A stretch of DNA of 17,550 nt from an uncultured archaeon (GTDB lineage: Archaea > Asgardarchaeota > Lokiarchaeia > Sigyniarchaeales > SOKP01). Shown here in pieces: positions 1 to 8,808 of this stretch; position 1 is the first letter of the stretch; the number at the start of each line of letters is the position of its first letter. The position numbers and the translations under genes are program-made. The notes under the pieces were generated by a model. That model was not told the origin of the DNA. It worked only from the letters and a program-made list of their open reading frames with translations, and did no database searches. The DNA is taken from assembly GCA_964447495.1 (NCBI GenBank), contig CAYUTF010000072.1, positions 1-17,550 on the forward strand, in the 5' to 3' direction.

Positions 1-165
1 CATGAAAATATTTACTTCCTTCTAATGTTTTTCCATATTCTTCGAGTGATTTATAATCTTTAAAATCAAACTCATCTGGCATTGAGGAAAAAACATATCT
101 ATTAAGAAAAACTTTTAGTCTATAATCCATAAAAATTTATAAGATAATATTTATCTGATGTAATC

Positions 166-1227
166 ATGAATATTGATGATATTAAGAAAATTCTTGGAAC
201 AGATGCGGATACACTTCTCAATCATACATGTACTGGAATTCCTAAGGATATGATCCATCAACCTGGCCCTGATTTTATCGAGAGAGTAGTTGAAGATTCA
301 GATCGAAATAATTTAGTATTAAACAATTTGGAAAGAATATTTAATCAGAGAGGACGATTAGCAGGTACGGGTTATGTTTCTATTCTACCCGTGGATCAAG
401 GGATAGAGCATACGGCAAGTGCAAGTTTTGCAGTTAATCCCTCGTATTTTGACCCTGAGAATATAATTAAATTAGCGATTGATGGTGGATGCAATGCTGT
501 TGCTTCTACATTAGGTGTATTAGGTTCAATAAGCCGAAAATATGCGCGAAAGTTACCATTTATAGTAAAATTAAATCATAATGAATTATTAACGAAACCT
601 CCATTATCGGATCAGACGATGTTTGCAAGTGTTGATCAAGCTTTGGACATGGGAGCTGTTGGTGTAGGTTCTACTGTTTATTTTGGTTCTCAAGAGTCCA
701 GGCGACAAATTCAAGAGACCTCTGAAGCTTTTAAATATGCTCATGAGTTAGGCCTTGTATGCGTATTATGGTGCTATTTGAGAAATACCGAAGAATTCAT
801 TAAAAACGGAAAAGATTATCATACAGCTAACGATTTAGAGAGTCAAGCAAATCATTTGGGGGTTACAATCGAAGCTGATATTGTTAAACAAAAAATTTCT
901 ACTCTCAGTCGAGGATTCCTTGATCTTAATTTTGGTAAAACCGATAAACTTGTATACAATAAATTAGCGACAGATCATCCTCTTGAATGGAATAGATATC
1001 AAGTAGCTAACTGCTATATGGGCCGTGTAGGTCTTATTAACTCTGGTGGAGAATCAGGAGGAAATGATCTGCAAGATGCTGTAAAAGCAGCAGTAATTAA
1101 CAAACGATCGGGGGGAATGGGATTAATCTTAGGACGAAAAGCTTTTAAAAAATCAAAACCCGAAGGAATTAAGATTCTTAATGCTGTACAAGATGTTTAT
1201 TTATCTAAGGAAATAGATATTGCCTAA
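166..1227 (+). CDS. fbaB: Class I fructose-bisphosphate aldolase (DhnA/FbaB type, ~350 aa)
   Basis: Motifs [51 protein letters not shown] (Schiff-base Lys) and [12 protein letters not shown] match the E. coli-type FbaB family. Confidence 0.95.
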   Translation: MNIDDIKKILGTDADTLLNHTCTGIPKDMIHQPGPDFIERVVEDSDRNNLVLNNLERIFNQRGRLAGTGYVSILPVDQGIEHTASASFAVNPSYFDPENIIKLAIDGGCNAVASTLGVLGSISRKYARKLPFIVKLNHNELLTKPPLSDQTMFASVDQALDMGAVGVGSTVYFGSQESRRQIQETSEAFKYAHELGLVCVLWCYLRNTEEFIKNGKDYHTANDLESQANHLGVTIEADIVKQKISTLSRGFLDLNFGKTDKLVYNKLATDHPLEWNRYQVANCYMGRVGLINSGGESGGNDLQDAVKAAVINKRSGGMGLILGRKAFKKSKPEGIKILNAVQDVYLSKEIDIA

Positions 1228-1370
1228 TTAATTTCTTTAAATTCTTTTTTTATTTAATTTTTGAGAATCATTATATAGGGACTTCAATTATTGGACTACA
1301 ATAACTTAAATAAATTAATTAAATGTATACTTAATATATACAAATTATTATTGAAATGTGAGTAATTAAT

Positions 1371-2081
1371 ATGGGAAATCATAACCATTATCCTAATCCA
1401 AATAATAATCCATATAGAGTAAAATATCAATCAAATGAAAGAACAAATGAAGTAAATTTTAATAGTACGCGAATAGATTTTAATTCTAATCGAATTTGTC
1501 CCTCTTGTGGAAAGATCATTAGTTTAAAGCATAATTTCTGTAAGTTTTGCGGCGTAGATCTAAGTGGTCTTCGACCTATGCAAGACGCGGATAGAACTAT
1601 GCAAGAACTCGCTAAAACAGCTCTCACTGATCCGAATGCAGATGTCAGAAAAGAAGCAGTTGACACTTTAGGAGATTTCGGAGAATATGAAGTTTTAGGT
1701 GTGTTAGCTTATATTTTACTTAATGACCCCGATGAAAGTGTCAGAAAAGAAGCAGCAGATGAATTAGGTGATTTGCACCATGTGATTTCACTGGATGTTT
1801 TAGCTAAAGCACTTAAAGATAGGAGTCCTATTGTAAGAAAAGAGGCAATTGAAGGATTAAAAAAAATAAAAAAGAAAAACAAACCTGAGAAGAGAGCAGA
1901 AGAAAAAGAATCCAAAGCTGTAAAGAGAGAAATTGAAGAAGAAGTGGAAGAAGAAAAACTTGAAGTGAAACAAGAAGACGCGGTACAAAAGATTGAAGAG
2001 GAAAAGGAAGAAGAAGAGGAATCAGAGGAAGAACCTCTAAAAGAAATTGAATCAGAAGATGATGATTACTATAAACTATAA
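1371..2081 (+). CDS. Zn-ribbon + HEAT/PBS-lyase-type repeat protein with long acidic C-terminal tail
   Basis: CPSC-x10-CKFC ribbon; three ~31-32 aa repeats (DPNADVRKEAVDTLG, DPDESVRKEAADELG, DRSPIVRKEAIEGLK); Lys-rich then Glu-rich tail ending EDDDYYKL. Confidence 0.85.
   Translation: MGNHNHYPNPNNNPYRVKYQSNERTNEVNFNSTRIDFNSNRICPSCGKIISLKHNFCKFCGVDLSGLRPMQDADRTMQELAKTALTDPNADVRKEAVDTLGDFGEYEVLGVLAYILLNDPDESVRKEAADELGDLHHVISLDVLAKALKDRSPIVRKEAIEGLKKIKKKNKPEKRAEEKESKAVKREIEEEVEEEKLEVKQEDAVQKIEEEKEEEEESEEEPLKEIESEDDDYYKL
1643..1755 (+). repeat. Intragenic 17-nt direct repeat (tgtcagaaaagaagcag) at 96-nt spacing
   Basis: Exact copies at 1643-1659 and 1739-1755 encode VRKEA of HEAT repeats 1 and 2. 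Confidence 0.85.
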
Positions 2082-2140
2082 GAAGAATTCTTTTCTATTT
2101 TTAAAAAAATTCAATTTCAGGTAATTTTTAACATCTAGTA

Positions 2141-3076
2141 TTATTCAGTTTTATTGGAAGGTATTTTAGGTAATTCTCTTCTTTTGGTTGCATTAACTTT
2201 TATACTTTCTGTATTATTTTTTGATGTAGTTATTTCTATAGATTCCTTTTTCTTCAGCACCTCTACTCCTTCTACAATACCCTTGTTATGATCAATATAC
2301 ACACGAAGTTTATTGTTATCTAACTCAATAATACCTTTAGGGAGGTTTTTGATTTCCTCCCATACTATGTCAGCCACACTTTTCCCTAATACTTCTGTCA
2401 CTTTAGAAACAGCACCATAAAGAGAATGACCTAATATTAAATTTTGTCTTTCGTAATTCATCGGAACCCCTTTTTTCAAAATCCTTTCCTTAATTTGTTC
2501 CTTTTCTTCGTTTGAAAGACCCATTATTTTCTTGATAGAAGTGGGTTTCATTAATAATTGAGTTTCCCCCTTTTGTTGAGAACTCCCGATCCGAATAGAG
2601 GACATCACTACATCATCAGTAGTATCCTCTAAGAGGGGTGAAAAATACTCTCCTTCAGAACTTTTTTCTTTGGCTAGCTTTTGCGCTTCATTCATTCTTT
2701 CTCGTTCAATATTTCTAATATAACGCATATCTGGCAATTTTTCTGTAGCTTCCATTGATTCTAGCTTAAACGCATTTAAAAATTCTTGTAATTCATCCCC
2801 TTGATCGATAGAAACTATTTTGCATCGATGATATCTCGAATCTGTTATTAATTCCTTCTGAATTTGCTGAGCTACTTTAGAACTTATAAATCTTTTACGA
2901 ACTGGAGATTTAGAACCTTTCCATATGAAAATCCTTCGGAGATCTTCCCGAACTATGATTAAGACCTGTTCGGGGTTTAAAAAACTCTTTAAATTTTCTT
3001 GTGTGATCTCTAATTTTTTACGTTCACCAGTATTTTCCAAGTCATATACCATAAACACCTCATAAACTTCTGTCAT
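2141..3076 (-). CDS. Single gelsolin/villin-like domain protein with uncharacterised C-terminal region (Asgard type)
   Basis: N-terminal ~105 aa LNPEQVLIIVREDLRRIFIWKGSKSPVRKRFISSKVAQQI...IVSIDQGDELQEFLNAF fits the gelsolin repeat pattern (L..D/E..I..W.G..S...A......QG.E..EF). Confidence 0.8.
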   Translation of the reverse strand: MTEVYEVFMVYDLENTGERKKLEITQENLKSFLNPEQVLIIVREDLRRIFIWKGSKSPVRKRFISSKVAQQIQKELITDSRYHRCKIVSIDQGDELQEFLNAFKLESMEATEKLPDMRYIRNIERERMNEAQKLAKEKSSEGEYFSPLLEDTTDDVVMSSIRIGSSQQKGETQLLMKPTSIKKIMGLSNEEKEQIKERILKKGVPMNYERQNLILGHSLYGAVSKVTEVLGKSVADIVWEEIKNLPKGIIELDNNKLRVYIDHNKGIVEGVEVLKKKESIEITTSKNNTESIKVNATKRRELPKIPSNKTE

Positions 3077-3266
3077 TTGATCATCCCTTTATGGTACTAT
3101 ATATCTACAGTTTCAGAATAAAAATTATTATTTGTTCTTAACAAGTTAGTCTTAAATTAAACATTTAAAATTACCGTATTCAATAAAATTTTTAATTATA
3201 TACAAAATTATAAAAAAGCATCTTCTATTTGAGAGATCCTCGATTATATTAGATGTGAACATACTT

Positions 3267-3290
3267 CATTAGTAATGAATATTACTAATG
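3267..3290. promoter_or_regulatory. Perfect 10-bp inverted repeat, candidate operator or hairpin in a divergent intergenic region
   Basis: CATTAGTAAT-gaat-ATTACTAATG between the divergent starts at 3076 (-) and ~3404 (+). Confidence 0.45.
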
Positions 3291-3403
3291 GTGATTTTGT
3301 ATTAAAGGCTGAAACATATCAAGTAAACTGCTAATGAATTACCATTATTTAGAAATTCTTTGACGTGTTCTTTATTAAATTCTTATCTCTCATTAGAATA
3401 GTT

Positions 3404-3568
3404 ATGAGTATCTTTTCAAAACTAATTCCTGAGTTAGGTATTTCCAATTTTTTTCTTAAGAAAAAAGCGTGTTATAATTGTGATACAAAAAAACATGTGT
3501 TATATATAAGGGAAATGGAAAATTATTTAGAACTTCTGTGCAAGAACTGCATAAAGCATAAAAGATAA
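3404..3568 (+). CDS. Small putative Zn-finger protein (~54 aa)
   Basis: CYNC and CKNC pairs. ATG at 3404 preferred over the GTG at 3365 in the ORF track. Fills the intergenic space without overlap. Confidence 0.55.
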   Translation: MSIFSKLIPELGISNFFLKKKACYNCDTKKHVLYIREMENYLELLCKNCIKHKR

Positions 3569-3590
3569 AAAATAGATAAGTTAAATTGCT

Positions 3591-4358
3591 TTAAAATCTC
3601 CGTGGAAATCTTCCAGGTCGATATGGTCCTCTTCGCCTCATTGGACCAGGACCAATCCGTGGGCCCATGCCTCCAGTATCGTGGAGAACATTATCTATAG
3701 ACAGAACAAATCCTAAGAGAATCCTTCTATCAGTCACATTATCAAGGATTTTCAAAGCATAAGTATCACTATAATCAAACAACCCTCCAAGGAATACATC
3801 TCTCCATCTATCAGCTTTTTCGATTTCTGCGACGAGCTTTTTTGTTGCAGTTTCATAAATTTTAAATGACCAACCCATAAAATTTCCCTCTGCTTCATAC
3901 CATCTGGTCCTAGTTTCAGGTTCCTCTAAATAGAAAACGTGTCGAAAGAAGGTTAGGATTTTTCTTTTAATTGTTGCAATTGGTTGACCATCTGGTGTTT
4001 TAAGATCCTGGGCTCCACGAGCAGACACAATCTTGCTATGAATAGTTGCTCCAACAGTACCATCAATTTCTTGTAATTCAACTCTTCTTCGAATACTAAA
4101 TATTTGACGATTCATCCTTCCAATAAGCTGACCCTTTTCATCTAAAATATCACCGTAACCTAAGTCCCACATTTTCTCCTTAATTACATAATAATTTCTA
4201 TTTAGATCAAATAATCCCCCTTCTTTTTTTGGAGCTGTTCTGATTTGGGGCTCTGTTGTTTGTTTTGAGGGCGGTTCTCTTTTTAATTCACTCCCGCATT
4301 TTTCGCAAAATCTTTGTTCACTAGTCACTTTAGCGCCACAATTATCACAATATTGCAT
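3591..4358 (-). CDS. Zn-ribbon + LURP-one/Tubby-C (phospholipid scramblase-like) domain protein with Arg/Gly/Pro-rich tail
   Basis: N-terminal CDNC-x10-CEKC. Beta-rich domain with YVIKEKMWD..GDILDE.G..IGR, TIKRKILTF, EGNFMGWSFKI, DTYALKI and a closing hydrophobic helix ILLGFVLSID, typical of the LOR/Tub_2 family. GAGGT SD-like site upstream. Confidence 0.85.
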   Translation of the reverse strand: MQYCDNCGAKVTSEQRFCEKCGSELKREPPSKQTTEPQIRTAPKKEGGLFDLNRNYYVIKEKMWDLGYGDILDEKGQLIGRMNRQIFSIRRRVELQEIDGTVGATIHSKIVSARGAQDLKTPDGQPIATIKRKILTFFRHVFYLEEPETRTRWYEAEGNFMGWSFKIYETATKKLVAEIEKADRWRDVFLGGLFDYSDTYALKILDNVTDRRILLGFVLSIDNVLHDTGGMGPRIGPGPMRRRGPYRPGRFPRRF

Positions 4359-4528
4359 ATTATTTACCTCAAAAAATTTGAAATTAGATTTATTAATATT
4401 TAATCATGAATAATCCGTCGTTTCTAATAAATGTAAGGGGAGAAATAACTTTCAAGGAGGATATAGAGAAATGTTTTAATTTCACTAAAATTTTAAGTAA
4501 GTAATTAAAGATAAAGCGAGAAGAAAAA

Positions 4529-5308
4529 TTGGTTTCAAAATACTCAATACCTTACTTATTAAAGCTTAAGGATTATATTACTCTTACGGGTACAATATTA
4601 GGAATAATCTCTTTAATATGTGCTTGTGTAGGTACAAAAGACGCAATCTCTTTAGGATTTTTCTTGGTGACCATTGCGTTGGGCACGGATTTAGTTGATG
4701 GATATATAGCAAGGAAGACAGGGACTGTTAATGATATGGGAAAAGAGCTAGATTCTTTAAGTGATTCATTAACATTTGGAATTTGCCCTGCCATACTAAT
4801 TTTTCAAGCTTTTAATATTGGTGGTGTATTTAATCTATTTCTCCTTATTGCTTGCATTTGCTTCGCATTAGGAGCAATTCTAAGACTAGCCCGGTTTAAT
4901 TTATCTTTAAATATTGGCTATACTGGTCTCCCTACTCCAATTAGTGCGTTATTAATTATTGCATATTTTTATGCAAACTATTTCTATTCCTTAGCGTATC
5001 CAACGGCAATACCTTCCTTTCCTATTATTGCCTATTATGCAATTCCATTTTTTCTAATATTCATTGCTTGGTTAAATATAACCACACATATTTCTTTTGG
5101 TGAAAAAGGGAAAATTGTTTATATAATTTTTCTTTTAACTGCGCCACTTGGTCCGATTTTTGGGATCATAGGGATTATGAATCCAAATTATCTCTTATCG
5201 ATATCTGTTGCAATAATTTTTGTTTCTTCCTTTTTTCTCATGTTTATCTATATTCTCTATGGGTTTATTATAAAATATAAATCTTCAAAAATAACTAATT
5301 CTAGTTGA
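4529..5308 (+). CDS. pssA: CDP-alcohol phosphatidyltransferase, PssA/archaetidylserine synthase-like
   Basis: Signature DLVDGYIARKTGTVNDMGKELDSLSD plus RLARFN and GLPTP motifs of the PssA subclass; multiple TM helices; TTG start. Substrate specificity is inferred. Confidence 0.8.
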   Translation: MVSKYSIPYLLKLKDYITLTGTILGIISLICACVGTKDAISLGFFLVTIALGTDLVDGYIARKTGTVNDMGKELDSLSDSLTFGICPAILIFQAFNIGGVFNLFLLIACICFALGAILRLARFNLSLNIGYTGLPTPISALLIIAYFYANYFYSLAYPTAIPSFPIIAYYAIPFFLIFIAWLNITTHISFGEKGKIVYIIFLLTAPLGPIFGIIGIMNPNYLLSISVAIIFVSSFFLMFIYILYGFIIKYKSSKITNSS

Positions 5309-5345
5309 AAAAGGAGCAAAAAGGTATTTTTTTTGAAATTTTCCT

Positions 5346-7343
5346 CTATAAGATTTTAGATTTCCATTCTTCAATACTTTCTTTGATTTGAATGATATTT
5401 TCTTGACTTAATGGATGGACATAGAGTTTATACTGATTAATAGTACTTCTTAACTTATGTAAGGTAACTGAAAAACCTTTTTTTTCCAAGACAAGATCTG
5501 CAATATTTTGTAATTCTTTGCTAAAATTTTCTCCGTTTAACTTCTCAAGTTTCTGAACTAACTCATTAAATGCTTTATCGATTAAAATTCCTGCTTGATC
5601 ATTTGCTTTTGGCTGAATTTTTGAGACAAAATCCACATGTTGTTGGATTTGTTTTGTCAAATCATTAATCGCCTCTGAAGTGTTTGGTTGTACTTTTGTT
5701 GGGACTGTTCCTTGTAATGGTGATTTTATAACTACTCTTCTTGCTGAAGGTTGTATCTCATCTTTATCCTTTACAAAAAGAGGTTCTTGTTTCTTGTTCG
5801 CCTTGATATTATCAGGTATTTCAATTGAGGGTTGAATTCGCTTTATTGGAGTTGTTTCTAAAGCTGTATCCGATTTTATTTCTTTTACTCCAATTGATTT
5901 TGGTGTTTGATATAATTCAGAACTCCCTTTTTCCCACATATAATTAATAAAACTGGTGAAAAGATTTACGTATGATTTATGATTACTTGCAAATCCTATA
6001 AAATCATTAAGAGGATCCTTTGAATTCATATTAACAATTCCAATAATTAAATAATCCTCATCTCCTTTCAAAATGATGATATCATCGTTTTTAAGAGTTC
6101 GATATTCAAGATTTTTGAGTTCTTTAAATTTTTTCACTAAACTATTTGTATGAGCTTCTGATGATGCAATCTTAACTTTTACATTATTTCTTAACGATTT
6201 AAATGAATCTACTAATAAATGAGTTTCAATTTTTGGTAGAATTAACATAAGTTCTTTGTTAGATTTTGCAATAGTATTAGTTATATCTTCATTAACCCTA
6301 GAAATACTGTTAACAAACCATAAGTTAGTTAGTTGTACTTTTTCGGGTGAAATATACGATTGGAAATAATTTTTCATAACTTTATCTATGGGATTACTAA
6401 GAGCGGCGACAGAATCCACAGAATTCTTAATTACCACTTCAAAATTATCTAAGATGAGTTTTTCAAATTTTTCTAAATCGCTAGATAACTCCCCTTTTTT
6501 AGATTTTATCATATCAATGATTTGATTGATTTTTTGTTCATAGTTATTTACTGTATTGACTAATAGCATCTTAAAATCATCCCGAAATTGAAAGGTTGAT
6601 TTGGTGATATTCTTAAGTGATTCAGTGGTGTTACTAAATTCCGAGTTTATTAATTCATGTAGTTGGGAAGTAAAATTCTTTATCAACTCTTCCGAATTTT
6701 GTTTAAAAATCCTTTCAATTAGCTTTTTCACCGAATCTTCATGCTTCTTCAATTCTAAGTATCCCAATTGGGTAAGTAAGTCATCTTTTATCTTTGTTAC
6801 CATTTTAAATAAATTTGAAAATTCTCTTTGAGTAATCCCTTTAATTCTTTGATGAAGGTCTTTTAAAACTTCCTCAAAAATATTAAGATTCTCCATTCCC
6901 TGAACAATATCTTCAACTTCCTGTCTTTGAATTATGGATTCCTCTTCAATGTCTTTCTTCATATCCTGAGTGGTCTGAAAAATATTATCCAACTCTAAAA
7001 GAGAATTCTTATCAAACGTATTATGTAAGGTCTTAGCTAGTAGTTGATGTAATTGATTCTTAATACTGTCTAAATTCGCATTGATATTAGCGATATAAGT
7101 TATAATCGGATTAAAAGGGGGAATAACCAGATAAGTCATTATAATCTCTGGATCCAGAGATTGGATAGGAACTAGTAGCCCCATCTCCAAAAGTTCATTT
7201 AAAGTAGTTGAATATTCCTCTTGAGATAAGTTTGGAACAATTGAATAAATTTCAAAAGAAGAAAGTGCAGGTTTACCCAAACTCTTAAGATAAATTTGAA
7301 TTGCATTTTCAGACAGATGCAGTTGTTTTAAAAAATCTTCCAT
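5346..7343 (-). CDS. TrmB-like protein: N-terminal wHTH, long helical/coiled-coil region, PLD-fold (TrmB effector-type) domain, linker and helical C-terminal domain
   Basis: LHLSENAIQIYLKSL...TLNELLEMGLLV resembles the TrmB wHTH; ~250 aa heptad-rich helix; ITNTIAKSNKELMLILP...VKVKIAS resembles a PLD-like fold with no HKD motif. ATG at 7343 follows GAGGA (ORF track start is TTG 7355). Confidence 0.7.
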   Translation of the reverse strand: MEDFLKQLHLSENAIQIYLKSLGKPALSSFEIYSIVPNLSQEEYSTTLNELLEMGLLVPIQSLDPEIIMTYLVIPPFNPIITYIANINANLDSIKNQLHQLLAKTLHNTFDKNSLLELDNIFQTTQDMKKDIEEESIIQRQEVEDIVQGMENLNIFEEVLKDLHQRIKGITQREFSNLFKMVTKIKDDLLTQLGYLELKKHEDSVKKLIERIFKQNSEELIKNFTSQLHELINSEFSNTTESLKNITKSTFQFRDDFKMLLVNTVNNYEQKINQIIDMIKSKKGELSSDLEKFEKLILDNFEVVIKNSVDSVAALSNPIDKVMKNYFQSYISPEKVQLTNLWFVNSISRVNEDITNTIAKSNKELMLILPKIETHLLVDSFKSLRNNVKVKIASSEAHTNSLVKKFKELKNLEYRTLKNDDIIILKGDEDYLIIGIVNMNSKDPLNDFIGFASNHKSYVNLFTSFINYMWEKGSSELYQTPKSIGVKEIKSDTALETTPIKRIQPSIEIPDNIKANKKQEPLFVKDKDEIQPSARRVVIKSPLQGTVPTKVQPNTSEAINDLTKQIQQHVDFVSKIQPKANDQAGILIDKAFNELVQKLEKLNGENFSKELQNIADLVLEKKGFSVTLHKLRSTINQYKLYVHPLSQENIIQIKESIEEWKSKIL

Positions 7344-7494
7344 TTTTATCCTCAATAGATTAGTATGTTGAAATGGAGTTTCTTATTTTTAATAATAAGA
7401 TATATACCTATTTATTTTTAAATTTTTTAAGATATAAAATATTTAAAGAATATTATCCTTAAAATTAATTATTAATTGCTAGGTTTTCAATTCT

Positions 7495-8808
7495 ATGAAA
7501 GTTTCTTATGAGGATGTATTTATATATCTAGATCTAACAAAGGAAATTTTAAAGAAAAAAGAAATTGCTAAAGCGATTAAATATTATATTTCAGAGAAGA
7601 ATAAAATCAATATAAATGGGCACTATGGCTTATTAATCTTTCAAGAAGAAGGTAATCCTATATTTATAACCGATAAAAAGGATTCAGATATTATTTTAAA
7701 TGCAATTGATGAAAATTGGAAGTTACGCCCAAAAAAGAAATCCTACTTTGAGAATGGATTATTCTATATTTTTTCCTATATTGCTGAGACTGTGAGAAAG
7801 AAGTCCAAATATAATCGAGTTATAGTAATTACAGATACTGCTAGTGATCTTTCTGAAGATTATACTGATGCATTATTTAATCTTGTCTCAAAAATTAAAG
7901 TATTCCCTACATTTATAGACATTATAAGAGTTTCAGATAAAGAGGAGCGCTTTTTCAAGGATGATGTCAAATTAAATATCCTTGCTAGTGACACAAAGGG
8001 AGGTATTTTTTATATTAAAGATAAAGCCGAATTTCATAATGTTTTTAAAAAACTTGTAAAATCCAAGCAATTAATTAATATCTTTGCCGATAAAGCTGAT
8101 AAAGTTAAAATAAAAAAAGAGGATTATGCTTTTTACTCTCAATTAGCGAAGGATTTAATTGATTCCCCAAAAGAACTATCAGCCGTGCAATGTTTTTTTT
8201 GCTCAGATGAGATCTGCCCTGTATGTACTAATATTAATGATATTCCAAAAATGTGTCCCGAGTGTTCTACCGCTTTCCATCATTGTTGTATTACAAATTA
8301 TGCGATTCAATATAACATTGGAATTCCGCATATATTTCGGTGCCCAAAATGTGATGTGCTATTAAAAATACATCAAGATGAGATAGTTGTACCTGAAGAT
8401 TCTTCTATTAAATCAGCGGAAGACTATATAGACTGGGATACTATAGAAGGACCTGGAGCACCAGAGCAATTAGATAATCTTCCAGAGATTCAATATTCAA
8501 CCAAATTATCATCAAGTTCAGAAGAAAAATCTCACACAGTCAGAATTGGGGGTTATTTTGGAAAAGTCTATATGGTTAAAAAGGTAGATAATAAATTAAT
8601 ATATCAAAAGATAAAAAAGAATATAGCTATCACTGGAGAGATACAAGAAATAAATGTTGATACTAATATTAAAAATGCATATGCGGGTCCATTAAAGAAA
8701 AAACCTGAAATCCCAATTACCTCTTGTCCTGAATGTGGAACTCAACTTAATACTGATCTTATCAAAGATAATAACATTTGCCCCTTCTGTGGGCATAAAT
8801 TAGCTTGA
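7495..8808 (+). CDS. vWA-like domain + RING/PHD-like Cys-rich finger + C-terminal Zn ribbon (paralog 1)
   Basis: vWA strand/helix pattern (VFIYLD, YGLLIF, RVIVITD, FIDIIRV, LASDTKGGIFY) with degenerate MIDAS; Cys10His2 cluster at 8191-8352; terminal CPEC...CPFC. Confidence 0.75.
   Translation: MKVSYEDVFIYLDLTKEILKKKEIAKAIKYYISEKNKININGHYGLLIFQEEGNPIFITDKKDSDIILNAIDENWKLRPKKKSYFENGLFYIFSYIAETVRKKSKYNRVIVITDTASDLSEDYTDALFNLVSKIKVFPTFIDIIRVSDKEERFFKDDVKLNILASDTKGGIFYIKDKAEFHNVFKKLVKSKQLINIFADKADKVKIKKEDYAFYSQLAKDLIDSPKELSAVQCFFCSDEICPVCTNINDIPKMCPECSTAFHHCCITNYAIQYNIGIPHIFRCPKCDVLLKIHQDEIVVPEDSSIKSAEDYIDWDTIEGPGAPEQLDNLPEIQYSTKLSSSSEEKSHTVRIGGYFGKVYMVKKVDNKLIYQKIKKNIAITGEIQEINVDTNIKNAYAGPLKKKPEIPITSCPECGTQLNTDLIKDNNICPFCGHKLA

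Noticed and set aside
1427-1915. Minus-strand ORFs 1427-1666 and 1709-1915
   Set aside because: Antisense shadows of the HEAT gene with no recognisable motifs.
2064-2081. Proteasome-gating HbYX motif at the end of the HEAT protein
   Set aside because: The C-terminus is YYKL; the penultimate residue is Lys, not Tyr.
3241-3350. SECIS element or selenoprotein readthrough
   Set aside because: The region is 5' of both neighbouring genes, no clear AUGA/GA kink-turn core was found, and no TGA-ending ORF shows a convincing continuation.
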